A stretch of 63,624 bases of DNA, filler included, from Actinomycetota bacterium (GTDB taxonomy: Bacteria > Actinomycetota > Acidimicrobiia > IMCC26256 > VFJJ01), in assembly GCA_009886115.1 (NCBI GenBank). It is 4 parts of 4 records of this genome, joined end to end, with 100 filler letters (N's around TTAATTAATTAA, not from the genome) between each part and the next. Parts side by side here need not be neighbours in the genome. Positions count along the whole stretch, not along the records: positions 1 to 20,370 come from VFJJ01000090.1; 3 more parts are not named here. One strand, written 5' to 3'. Position 1 is the first letter of the stretch. Every line of letters begins with the position of its first letter. A program made the translations under genes and the position numbers. Shown here piece by piece: positions 1 through 11,041 of this stretch. A model generated the notes under the pieces. It saw nothing but the letters and a program-made list of their open reading frames with translations. It did not search any database and was not told the DNA's origin.

Positions 1-42
1 CCACCGCCTGACACGCCACCGCCCGACACGCCACCGCCCGAC
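1..42. repeat. Short tandem repeat, 15-bp unit CACGCCACCGCCCGA, about 2.8 copies
   Basis: Read directly: ccaccgcctgacacgccaccgcccgacacgccaccgcccgac. Confidence 0.8.
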
Positions 43-78
43 GGACAACCGGCACCGCGCGAACCGCACCGGTCGGGA

Positions 79-936
79 TCAGCGGTAGACGATGGTGAGC
101 TCCATGGCCATCGCGGGAACGCCGGCGGTCGAGGCGAGCGCTTCGACGACTGCGAAGTCATGAGCAGCCGTGCTGAACAGGCTCGCCACCCGGCCAGCGA
201 TCGACACTCGAGCTCCTGAGGGGATCGGCGCCAGATGGGTGATCGCGGTGCCGGCGTGCACCCACCGCCCGTCGGCGAAGGCGATCGTCTCGCGCAACAC
301 GCCGTTGACGGCCGACACGACCCAGGCCGGGTGGGCCCAGCGCGTGCGCCGCCACCAGCCGTCAGGGTCGACCTCTGCTGCGAAGGCGAGGTCGCGATCG
401 GCGTCGAAACCGAAGGCGGGTGCAGTGAACGCCAGTCCGTCGAGCATCTCGGCAGTCGCGGGCACCGGCAGCTCCGTGACGTCACCTCCCCGCCAGGCCG
501 TCCAGCCGGTTCCGGGACCGGCCGAGCCGCCGACGCCACCCCCACCGGCCCAGCCACCCAGCCCACCCAGCCCACCAGCACGGCCCAGCCCACCGAAACC
601 AGCAAGCCCACCCAGGTCGCCCCGACCGTGGAGACGGGCCGAGCCGTCGGCCATGAGCACACCCTCGCCGTCGAGCACCCGGAGCCCCATCTCGACGCCC
701 TGGTCGACGAGCACCGTGACGCCGAGCCCGGCGGTGAGATGCCGACGGAAGCGCAGCTGCATGCCACCGCCAGCGAGCCACCCGGTTCCCCACCGCTGCA
801 CGGGGTAGCGGCTCAGCCAGGCCTGGACGACCACACCCATGATGTGATCGTCGACCGGCTCGCTCGTCACCATCTCCACCGGGAACTGGGCCATCCCCAG
901 ACCCGAGGTCACCAGCTCATGACGTTCGACACTCAC
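79..936 (-). CDS. Hypothetical protein, probable double hot-dog fold (thioesterase/dehydratase-like)
   Basis: 285-aa ORF with two hot-dog-like strand patterns (GGGMQLRFRRHL; WVHAGTAITHLAPIPSGARVSIAGRV) separated by a Gly-rich linker. Confidence 0.55.
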   Translation of the reverse strand: MSVERHELVTSGLGMAQFPVEMVTSEPVDDHIMGVVVQAWLSRYPVQRWGTGWLAGGGMQLRFRRHLTAGLGVTVLVDQGVEMGLRVLDGEGVLMADGSARLHGRGDLGGLAGFGGLGRAGGLGGLGGWAGGGGVGGSAGPGTGWTAWRGGDVTELPVPATAEMLDGLAFTAPAFGFDADRDLAFAAEVDPDGWWRRTRWAHPAWVVSAVNGVLRETIAFADGRWVHAGTAITHLAPIPSGARVSIAGRVASLFSTAAHDFAVVEALASTAGVPAMAMELTIVYR

Positions 937-985
937 GTGCGCTCCCTGACTGGTCCCCAGGCACCGACACCCGCCGGGGAGCGCG

Positions 986-1912
986 TCAGATCACCCCGGC
1001 GCCGAGCAACACGATGGTCGCGGCCGCGGCGCCGAGCCGATACCAGCCGAAGATCGCCAGCGGTCGGTCACGCAGGTACGAGACGAGCCAACCGATCGCG
1101 GCGACCGCCGTGACGAAGGCGACGAGCACACCGAGCAGGGGCATCCTCCACCCGTAGTCGTCGAGCAAGGTCTGGCCATCCTTGCCCAGGTCGAGCGCGG
1201 TGGCGGCGGTCAGCGTGGCCAGGCCGAGCAGGAAGCTGAACTCGAGCGCAGCACCGATCTCGAGCCCGACGGCGAGTGCGGCGACGATGGTGACGAGGCT
1301 GCGGCTGACGCCGGGCCACAGCGCCAGCGCCTGGGCACACCCGATGAGGGCCGCGCTGCGAACCGTGAGGGCATCGAGGGCCACCCCGCCCGATCGGGGC
1401 TTCCACCAGAGCAGGAAGATCCCGCCGACGGCCCAGGCCCCCACGATCGGCCACGGCCCGAAGAGGTGGTCCTTGATCGTGCTGTCGAAGGCGATCCCCA
1501 CGATGGCGGCGGGCGTGAACGCCACGACCAGCCGCACGAGCACCGCACGGCCAAGCACATCGCGGCCCACCATCCCGGCGGCGAGCTGGGCGATCCGGCG
1601 TCGGTAGAGCGTGACGACAGCGAGGATGGCGCCGAGCTGGATCGCGATGGCATACGTGTCGGCCGCGGTCTTCCCGGCGCCCGAGCCGAGATCGAGGAGC
1701 CGCTGCGTGACGAGGAGATGACCGGTCGACGACACCGGGAGATACTCGGTGATCCCTTCCACCGCGCCGAGGACGACCGCCTTGGGCGCGGTGAGCGGGC
1801 CCTCGCCGCCGGTGAGCGCGAGCACGACGATCGCGGCCACGACCACAACCACAGCCACGACCGAGGCAGCTCGGAGGCGCGAAGACTCGGCGACCGAGGG
1901 CTCAGCATTCAT
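986..1912 (-). CDS. uppP: Undecaprenyl-diphosphate phosphatase (BacA family)
   Basis: Motifs VEGITEYLPVSSTGHL, IQLGAILAV, PGVSRS, EFSFLLG; polytopic membrane protein. Confidence 0.95.
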   Translation of the reverse strand: MNAEPSVAESSRLRAASVVAVVVVVAAIVVLALTGGEGPLTAPKAVVLGAVEGITEYLPVSSTGHLLVTQRLLDLGSGAGKTAADTYAIAIQLGAILAVVTLYRRRIAQLAAGMVGRDVLGRAVLVRLVVAFTPAAIVGIAFDSTIKDHLFGPWPIVGAWAVGGIFLLWWKPRSGGVALDALTVRSAALIGCAQALALWPGVSRSLVTIVAALAVGLEIGAALEFSFLLGLATLTAATALDLGKDGQTLLDDYGWRMPLLGVLVAFVTAVAAIGWLVSYLRDRPLAIFGWYRLGAAAATIVLLGAGVI

Positions 1913-1937
1913 CGCTATCGGTCCTGTTCATACGGGC

Positions 1938-1980
1938 CACGGCGGACACGGCGGACACGGCGGACACGGCGGACACGGCG
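1938..1980. repeat. Tandem repeat (CACGGCGGA) x about 4.8, intergenic
   Basis: Read directly between uppP and the upstream small ORF. Confidence 0.9.
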
Positions 1981-2265
1981 TCAGTCGTCGGCGGGTCGGG
2001 CGAGGAGATCAACGCTGAGCGCGAGCGCACCGGCGACGCCAGCCGCCCGCTCGATGACCGCCGCGAAGTAGTGCCCAGCCGTGTGCCCATTGGTCATCGG
2101 GGGATCGCCGAGTGAACGCACGAGCGCTCCCGGGTCGGCGGACACGACGATGGGCTCGATGTCGGGGAGGGGGCGGGCCGACCGCCAGATGTCGACGGGC
2201 GCCGCCGGGGCCTTCGCGGGCGGTCTGCGGCGCTGGTTGCTGCGGGCCCGTTGGGGGCGGTTCAC
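1981..2265 (-). CDS. Small hypothetical protein (94 aa) coupled to the SNF2 helicase
   Basis: GTG start overlaps the helicase TGA (GTGA, 2262-2265); protein-like sequence DIWRSARPLPDIEPIVVSADPGALVRSLGDPP. Confidence 0.7.
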   Translation of the reverse strand: MNRPQRARSNQRRRPPAKAPAAPVDIWRSARPLPDIEPIVVSADPGALVRSLGDPPMTNGHTAGHYFAAVIERAAGVAGALALSVDLLARPADD

Positions 2266-5200
2266 AGGTCGTCCTCCTTGAGGAGCTCGTCGGGTCGCAG
2301 CCCGAGCGCGAGGCGGAGCTGATCGGTGTTCAAATCGGCGATCGAGCTCGACCGCTGCAGCACGACCTCGGCGATGTGTCGTTTCCCCGCCACGACCTCC
2401 TCGACCCGTTCGTCGACGGTCCCCGGGCACACGAGCCGGTGCGAGATCACCGTGCGGCCCTGGCCGATCCGCCAGGCCCGATCGCGGGCTTGGTCCTCGA
2501 CCGCCGGGTTCCACCAGCGGTCGTAGAGCACCACGTGATTGGCGGCAGTCAGGTTCAGCCCGGTACCGCCGGCCTTGAGTGACAGCACCAAGGCGGCCGG
2601 GCCGGTGCCGTTCTGGAAGTCGGCGACGAGACGGTCGCGAACGCCTCGCGCCAGGCTCCCGTCGTAGCAGGCGATCGGGACCCCGGTGACCTCGCTCAGA
2701 TGGACGGCGAGTCGGCGACCCCAGGTGGCGAAGTGCGTGAAGACGAGGATGCGCTCACCAGCCGCGAACACCGACTCGACGATCTCCTCGAGCCTGGTGA
2801 GCTTGCCCGAACGCCCGGTGAGCGGGAGGCCGTCGTCGCGGTACGCCGCGGGGTGGTTGCAGATCTGCTTGAGAGCCGTGATGGCGGCCAGGATGGCGCC
2901 CTTCTTGCGGGCCCCGGGATCGGCCGGATCGACGCGTCCGTCGGCGTCGTCATCGTCGTCGCCGTCAGCCCCGTCTTCGCCCGTCGCGTCACCGGCGACC
3001 ATGACCATCACCGGCGCGGAGGCGCGGGCGACGAGATCGTCGAGGACGGCCTGGTACAGGCCGATCTGCTCGGCTGTCATGGTGCAGTGGTCGAGCTCGT
3101 CGATCTTGTCGGGGAGCTCGGCGGCGACCTCGGGCTCGGCCTTGGTACGACGGAACAGCAGGATCCCGTTCAACGCACGCAGCGCAGCTTCACCATCGCC
3201 CGACATCTGCGCGATGAACATCGGCCGGGGTCCGACGAGGCCGGGGTTCGTGAAGTCGAGGATGGCCCAGAGGTCGCCGAGCCCGTTCTCGATCGGCGTT
3301 CCGGTGAGCGCAAGACGGGACCGGGCCGGGATGCGCCGGAGCTGCTGTGCGGTCTCGCTCGCCGGGTTCTTGATGGCTTGGGCCTCGTCGAGCACCATCC
3401 GGCGCCAGTCGATCGCCACGAGGGCCTCGACATCGCGAACCGCCGTGGCGTAGGTGGTCACGACGATGTCGGCCCCGGCGATCTCGGCCTCGAGCTCATG
3501 CGCCGACGACCGCGAGGCTCCGTGGTGCACCACGACCCGCAACCCGGGCGCGAAACGCGCCGCCTCGGCCGCCCAGTTGCCGACGACGGCGGCGGGTGCG
3601 AGCACCAGCGTGGTGCCCTCGCCGGCCCGTCGGGCGAGATGGGCGAGGACGGTGGGGGTCTTGCCCAGGCCCATGTCGAGCGCCAGGCATCCGCCGAGCT
3701 CGGCCGTATCGAGAAAGCCCAACCACGCCAGGGCCTCGGCCTGGTAGGTCCGTAGCTCGCCGGCGAAGCCGTCTGGTCGCGAGATCAGCTCGTGGGTGGC
3801 CTCACCGGCCCGGCGGACGATGTCGTTGGCCCAGCTGGTGCCGTGGACGACCACCCCACCGGCCAGCCCCGAGCGGTCGAGCCCGATCGTCTGGCGGAGG
3901 ATCTCGGCCCCGGTGAGCTGCGTGATCGATGCCCGCTCGGCCAGGGCGGCCGCGGCCTGCTCGAGATCGACCCGATCGACCTCGACCCATCGACCCCGCG
4001 ACAGCACCAGCGGGCGCGCCTCGCGGGCCAGACGGGCCACCTCGGCGGCTGTCAGCTCGACATCGTCGAAGAGCACCGACCAGGCCACGTTGCTCAGCTG
4101 GTTGGCCCCGACCACCGTGCCTGTCGTCGCCTCGGCGAACAGCCGCAGCGCAGGCCGGGCCTTGCGCCGCGACAGCGCCGGCACCCGCACGTCGAAGCCC
4201 ACGGTGGCCAGTGTGGGACCGTCGACCGTCATGAACGCCCACGCCTCGTCCTGGCTGAGGGCAACGCTGCCCCGCCGTCGTGCTCCGGCCCTGTCGAGCG
4301 CCGGAAAGAGTCGGCCGAGCCGGGACCATTCCGACGCGAGATGCCGGCTGGCACCCTCGGTCCTGAGGGCGGCGTCGATCGGCAACAGCTTGCCCTTGCC
4401 TGCCGGAGCGTGCACCGAGGCGATCCAGACGCCACCAGCATCGGGCGCGTCGAGTTGCACGACCAGCTTCGGACGCGCTTGCGACGTGACGGTCTGCGAC
4501 CACTGGTCGAGCCGCCGCGACAGGTCGGGTGCCAGCCCGGCGCTGACCCGAAAGCTCGAGCCGTCCATCCGGGCGATGACGGTGTCGGCCAGATCGGTGG
4601 GCGAGTTCGCGCTCGGCGGCGGGGCCGGCAGCTCCATGCGTTCGGTGCTCTGGGTGACGATCGCCTCCACCACGGCGTGCAACACGTCGGCGATCACGGC
4701 CGACGGGCTCGTCCGGCCCCCGGTTGCCGTCGCGACGACGATCCCCGGCATCGCTGCCGCGAGTGCGTCGACGGCCGAGGTGTCGACCAGCGCCGGCACC
4801 CAGCGCACGGCCGCCTCGACAACCCGGCCCTCGGTGCGCTCCATGACCTTCACGCTCGGCAGGATCGACCCTCGGGCCACGAGCCGAACGCCTTCGAGCG
4901 CGACGTGGCCGAGCCAGAGGAGGCTGGCGCCCGCACCGGAGCGACCGTGCCCACCCCGAGGGCCACCAGCCAACCGAGGGCATCCTTCATGCTGATGGCC
5001 AGGGCCTCGGCGCGCTCCCCGCCGGGGAGCGAAACCGGCGGATGGTCTTTCCATCCCGCGGGTGGGCCGTCCATCGAAGCCAGCCGCCCGATGAGCGCGC
5101 CGTCGGCCTCGGGGAGCGCTCCCCGCCCTCCCGCCCAGACGATCACCTGGCCCGCTGACCACGACGCTTGGAGCTGCACCTCCTCGGGCTCGAGGATCTC

Positions 5201-5509
5201 GGCGGGGGCCGCTTCGATGTCTTCCCAGTCGCGAGACCGGGACGGCGACGCCACACTCGCCGGCCGGAAGCGCGCGGCCGTGACGCGGAGGCTGGTCAGC
5301 GTCTGCATGAAGTCGGCCACGACCTGGTCGCGCTCGTCGCCGGGCAACCCGCGCACCCCCGCCAAGTGGTCCTCGGTCTCGATGATGAGGCGGTCGAGCA
5401 CCGCCAACGACGCCCCGGCGTCGGCGTCGATGATCCCGAGGTCGTCGTCGGAGCCCAGGCCGTCGGCGATCGACCAGATGGCCGCTTCGAGCTGTTGTGC
5501 GTCAACCAT
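2262..5509 (-). CDS. SNF2-family helicase/ATPase, with a 1-nt frameshift near 4955
   Basis: Motifs LRTYQ, DMGLGKT, LDEAQAIKN, LTGTPIEN, SGKL, GLNLTAANHVVLYDRWWNPAVEDQARDRAWRIGQ. The N-terminus (MVDAQQ...ALGWLVALG, ATG 5509) is in a different frame that rejoins at a G-run. Confidence 0.9.
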
Positions 5510-6015
5510 CGGTTTCCGTTCTCGGTCGTGGCGCCCCATGGCCTGGACCCGACCACGACGTGGGTCTGTGCTGGCCACGTGGAACCACCCCGGGCTCGTG
5601 CGGTCGCCGCGGCGCACCCGTCCCGGCCGGACGGGCGTCGGTGGCGTACGAACCAGGCTCGGCGGTGTGACCGTCGCGCCGAGCGGTGGCGAGCTTCGAC
5701 ATCGCACCAGGGTGCCGATATCAACCGAGACGCTACTCCGCGGCGGGGCGCCACCACGACGCCGACATCGGGGCGATGAGCTTCTGCTCGGTCAAGCCCT
5801 CACGTGCGGTCGACCTCGTCGCTGTTGCCGGGATCTCGATGCCCTTCCGGGTACCGACGATCGAGCGGAGACCTCGCCCCGCACGATCGTCGTTCTGATG
5901 CCGTGAAGCTCAGCAACGAAGGGCCAACACCCCGCTCGCTCCCCCACCGGCCGTCGGCACCGATCTGCTCGAGCCGACGCGCGCCGAGCGCTCGCGCAGG
6001 CCTCCGGGCTCGACG

Positions 6016-6846
6016 GTGGTGTCACCATCGACGAGGGCCCGGAGCGCGCTCGATCCGCCGTCGCCGCGATCGCCCGCGCCGCGATCGCCCGGCAGCGTCG
6101 CCGGGGTGCGTCCGACGGGCGCGATGCACACGAGGCTGCCGCGGGGCTCGGTGTCGATCGGGGCGGCCGAGATCGTGGTCCTCCCGGGAGTGGTGGCCGC
6201 CATCGTCACGCCGCGCTATGTGCTCGCCCGCGACGTCGACAGCGATCTGGCACCTGGCGATGGACCGGCGCCGAGCATCGGGGCACGGCGGGCCGAGATC
6301 GAGCACATGCTCTCCGGTGCGATCGGCGGCGGGCCCATCCGCTTCCGGGCCCGGGCCGAGACGCCATGGTTGCGCCAGGGCGACGCCGTGCTCCCCCAAT
6401 CGATCGTGAAAGCCCGCTTCGGCGAGTTCGCCTATCGCCGGACGGGCCCGGGGAGCCGAACCATCGAGCAGGACCCGGCGTGGGTCGCAGCGAACATCGT
6501 CGAGATCGAGGTCCCGATCCTCGGACCCGTCCGCTGCCATCGCTCGGTCGCCGAGGCGGTGGGCTCCGCCCTGTCCGAGGCCATCGACAGTGGCCTGGCC
6601 GCGAGCTTCGCCCGCGATGGCTTCCTCGGCTGCTGGAACCCGCGCCTCGTGAGCGCGTCCGACAATGCCGGGATCTCCCGTCATGCCTGGGGGATCGCCT
6701 TCGACGTGAATGCGGCCGACAACGTCCGCGGCCGCGACGGTGCGCAGGACCCGCGGGTCGTCGATCTCCTCGCCCGCCACGGGTTCACCAACGGCGGACA
6801 GTGGCTCGTTCCCGATGCCGTGCACTTCGAGTGGATCGGCCGCTGA
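6016..6846 (+). CDS. M15-family metallopeptidase (D-Ala-D-Ala carboxypeptidase-like); start uncertain
   Basis: SRHAWGIAFDVN (SxHxxGxAxD) and C-terminal DAVHFEW motifs. Confidence 0.8.
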   Translation: MVSPSTRARSALDPPSPRSPAPRSPGSVAGVRPTGAMHTRLPRGSVSIGAAEIVVLPGVVAAIVTPRYVLARDVDSDLAPGDGPAPSIGARRAEIEHMLSGAIGGGPIRFRARAETPWLRQGDAVLPQSIVKARFGEFAYRRTGPGSRTIEQDPAWVAANIVEIEVPILGPVRCHRSVAEAVGSALSEAIDSGLAASFARDGFLGCWNPRLVSASDNAGISRHAWGIAFDVNAADNVRGRDGAQDPRVVDLLARHGFTNGGQWLVPDAVHFEWIGR

Positions 6847-7263
6847 CTCGCGGCCGGTCGGCCTCGGCGACGGCGACGGCGATTTCGACGAAGGGGTCAC
6901 GCCAATCCACCACAACGGCGCAGGCGGTTGTGGTTGTTGACGGGTACGGGCCAGGCTCCGGGGAGAAGTTCCGGGCCCACAGATGACTTTCGGGCACGAA
7001 ACGACCGTCTGAGGAGGCGTCATGTCGGCAATGGACAGCTCACCAGCGGGCAGTCGGGGCATGAAGCGCAGGGACGCGGGCACCGATGAGCTGACGGCGC
7101 TCTACGCCGACGACCGGCTGAGGCCCGTGCAGATCGCGAGCATGCTGTTCTTCCTCGCGCTGCGCGACAACGACGGACCGGGTCTCGCTTCGGCGCCGAG
7201 CGAACCCGGCACGTCCACGGCCAGCGGGATGCCACCGTCACCATCACCGTCACCATCGCCAGT

Positions 7264-8067
7264 GTGATGACGGCCACGGGCGAGCGGAAGATCACCCGAC
7301 TGTCGGGCACGTTGGGCGCCCGGATCGACGGTCTCGATCTGGCCCGTCCCCTCGACCCCGAGACGTTCGGATGGTTGCGCGCCCGGTTCCTCGAGCACCA
7401 CGTGCTGGTGTTCCCGAGCCAGGACATGACACCCGACGAGGAGGTCGCCTTCGCCCGCCACTGGGGCGAGATCAGCGTGCATCCCTACATCCGTCCGCTC
7501 GAAGGTCATCCCGAGGTGCTCGAGGTCGTCGACCCCCGCCATCCGATCGCCCGGACCTGGCACCAGGACCAGACGTATCTCGAACGACCGCCCCTCCTCA
7601 CGATGCTCATGGCTCGCGTGCTCCCCGAAGCCGGCGGCGACACCATGTTCGCCAATCAGCACAAGGCCTTCGACGATCTGAGCGACGGCCTGCAACGACT
7701 TGTGCTCGGGCTCCGGGCCGTCCACCGCGGCACCGAGAGCGCAGCCGCCGACGCCGGGCTGACCCGTGTGCAGGTCGAGCACGCGCACCCGGTTGCGCCG
7801 CGACATCCGGTGACGGGTCGCCCGGCCCTGTTCGTCAACGCCGACTACACCCTCAGGATCGAGGGCTGGAGCGAGCCCGAGAGCCGGCCCCTGCTCGATC
7901 TCCTCTACCGGGCGGGCAGCCGGGCCGAGATCTCGTGTCGGCACCGCTGGTCGCCGGGCGACTTCGTGCTGTGGGACAACCGCTGTGTGTTGCACCGTGT
8001 GGTTCCCGACGCGACCGGCGATCGCGTGTTGCACAAGGTCACCGTGGCCGGCGACGTTCCGGCCTGA
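7264..8067 (+). CDS. TauD/TfdA-family Fe(II)/2-oxoglutarate dioxygenase
   Basis: GARIDGLDL, WHQD (HxD), GGDTMFAN, HRWSPGDFVLWDNRCVLHR. Confidence 0.93.
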   Translation: MMTATGERKITRLSGTLGARIDGLDLARPLDPETFGWLRARFLEHHVLVFPSQDMTPDEEVAFARHWGEISVHPYIRPLEGHPEVLEVVDPRHPIARTWHQDQTYLERPPLLTMLMARVLPEAGGDTMFANQHKAFDDLSDGLQRLVLGLRAVHRGTESAAADAGLTRVQVEHAHPVAPRHPVTGRPALFVNADYTLRIEGWSEPESRPLLDLLYRAGSRAEISCRHRWSPGDFVLWDNRCVLHRVVPDATGDRVLHKVTVAGDVPA

Positions 8068-8200
8068 GCGCTACGAGCCCAAGGGGGCCGGGCCTCCCGG
8101 GCCCCGCGACCACGCGCCTCCCGGGACCACGGAACGGAGGTGGCGTCGGGAGCAGGCAACGTAGAGTCGGCCCCCGTCGACGCGCACGGAGGAGTCGCCC

Positions 8201-8992
8201 ATGTCCAGCCAGGCCGAGCAGGTCTATCGGGAGGTCATGGTCGCCGATCCGCCCGCCGCGACAACGCCGTGGGCGCAGGCGAACCTGGAGTTCGTGTTCG
8301 GTGAGGTGTGGGCGCGCCCGGGGCTCAGTCGCCGCGATCGCCGCTTGGTGACGCTGTCGTGCGTCTCGGGGGCGGACGCGACCCGACCCATCGACGAGCA
8401 CATCTACGCCGCGTTGGCGAGCGGCGATCTCACCCTCGAGGAGATGCTGGAGTTCACCCTGCACTTCGCCGTGTACTGCGGTTGGCCCAAGGCCTCCCAG
8501 GTCGAGATGGCCATTCGGATCCAGTGGGCGAGGATGCACACCGAGCGGGGACAGGAGGTCCCGCCGTTCCCGATGCTCGCCGACGACACCCTCGGTGCCA
8601 CCGATCGCGAGGAGCGCCTGGCCAAGGGAGAGCAGCATTTCGTGGATGTGAACTACGTGCCCGCCCCCCGCCGTGACTCGCCGTACTTCCAGGCCGGGAT
8701 CCTCAACTTCGTGTTCGGCCACGTGTGGCAGCGACCCAACATGGGCCAGCGCGACCGCCGGCTGGTCACGCTGGGCTGCGTGGGGCTCGACGACACGATG
8801 GGGCCGCTGCGGTCGCACATCGGCTCGGCGCTGAAGTCGCGCGACATCTCGGTCGACGAGATGCACGAGGTGATCCTCCAGTTCTCGTGTTACTCCGGCT
8901 TCGCCAAGGGCGAGGCCATGCACCAGGTCGCCGCCGAGGAGTGGGCCCGCATCCAGCGCGAGGAAAACGCCGGGACCACCACCCCCGCCTGA
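8201..8992 (+). CDS. Carboxymuconolactone decarboxylase-family protein with two CMD repeats
   Basis: Duplicated FVFGxVWxRPxLxxRDRRLVTL...YxGxxK motif; GGAG Shine-Dalgarno upstream. Confidence 0.9.
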   Translation: MSSQAEQVYREVMVADPPAATTPWAQANLEFVFGEVWARPGLSRRDRRLVTLSCVSGADATRPIDEHIYAALASGDLTLEEMLEFTLHFAVYCGWPKASQVEMAIRIQWARMHTERGQEVPPFPMLADDTLGATDREERLAKGEQHFVDVNYVPAPRRDSPYFQAGILNFVFGHVWQRPNMGQRDRRLVTLGCVGLDDTMGPLRSHIGSALKSRDISVDEMHEVILQFSCYSGFAKGEAMHQVAAEEWARIQREENAGTTTPA

Positions 8993-9032
8993 AGCGCCGG
9001 GGCCTCCGGGGCCGCCTGACCCCGACCGCTCG

Positions 9033-9083
9033 CCAAATTTGAGCGGAAATGCTCACCCCGTGAGCATTTCCGCTCAAATTTGG
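9033..9083. repeat. 51-bp palindromic element, copy 1 (perfect 24-bp stem, CCC loop)
   Basis: CCAAATTTGAGCGGAAATGCTCAC-CCC-GTGAGCATTTCCGCTCAAATTTGG, between convergent genes. Confidence 0.92.
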
Positions 9084-9104
9084 AGCCCTCAGCCGCTCTG
9101 CCGC

Positions 9105-10288
9105 TCAGCCGAGGCGGAGGGTCTCGAGGGGCTCGAGGCGGGCGGCCTTGACGCTCGGGGCCAGACCGGCGAGGGCGGCGACGCCGATCGAGATCACCAC
9201 CCACCACGGGACGAGGTCGTAGCGGAGGACCATCGTCCACTCGAGCACCTGCGACGTGGCCCAGACCACGCCGATCCCGAGGGCGGCGCCGAAGATGCCC
9301 CCGAGGAGGCCGACGGCGACGGCTTCGAGGAGGAACTGGAGCGCGATCGTGACCCGTCGGTGGCCCAGGGCCCGCCGGATGCCGATCTCGTTCGAGCGCT
9401 GGATGACCGAGATCGACATCACGTTGACGATCCCGATCGCTCCGAGCAGCAACGCGAGGACGCCGGCCATGAACGCCGTGCGTTGCACGGTCTTGTCGGC
9501 CTCGGCCTTGGTGGCGAGCGCCTTGCTCGGGACGTCGGTGGTGATCTCGTCGCCGCCGCCGAGCGCGATCGCGGTCGGTAACGCCGCGGCCGTCGACTGG
9601 GTGGTCCCGTCACTCGATCGCACGAACAGCCGGGTGGGAATGGCATCGTCGATGAAGTCGCGTTCGGCTGCGGCGAGAGCGATGAACACGGCGTCGTTGA
9701 GCTCGCCACGCAACTCGACGAGGTCGAGCACACCGACGACCCCGTAGTCGAAGGCGCCGAGGCGGATCGTGCGCAACTCACCCGGCAGGTACCCGTACTC
9801 GTCGGCCAACCCGGAGCCCAGCACCACGGCCCGGGTCGCGTGGCTCTCGTCGGCCGGCGAGATCCAGCGTCCGTGGGCCAGCCCGATCCCGAGCACCTCG
9901 GGCAGGTCGTCGTCGGCGGCGATCACCGGGATGGGGAACGCGGCGTAGAAGTCCTCGGCGCCGGCGTAGGGCAGGGTCACGATCCCCGACAGCTCGGCGA
10001 TGGCCGATGCCGCCTCGACCGTCGAGAGGTTGAGGGCGCGCTCGACGGCGTCCTCGGGCAACGTGGGCGTCTGGGCCGAGCCGAACGTGCCCGCGGCGTC
10101 GACGACGAGCAGGTCGGTTCCCAGCTCGGCGAGCTTGGCCTTGAAGTCGCCCTTGGCGCTGTCGGTGAGCCCGACCGCGGCCACCATGGCGCCCACGCCG
10201 ATGAGCGGCCCGAGCAACAGCATGAACGTGCGGACCTTGCGGGCCACGAGCCCCGAGCCGGCGACCCCGAGCAGATCGCGCAGGTACA

Positions 10289-10292
<4 letters not shown>
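9105..10292 (-). CDS. MacB/FtsX-family ABC transporter permease
   Basis: One N-terminal TM helix, a large extracytoplasmic domain, GAIGIVNVMSISVIQRSNEIGIRRALG, QFLLEA, PSVKAARLEPLETLR. Confidence 0.93.

Positions 10293-11037
<745 letters not shown>

Positions 11038-11041
<4 letters not shown>

Noticed and set aside
3792..5906. Long alternative-frame and antisense ORFs (also 10795-13014, 26427-28421, 34720-36678, 55259-57226)
   Set aside because: Arg/Pro/Gly-rich shadow ORFs overlapping well-supported genes, as expected in high-GC DNA
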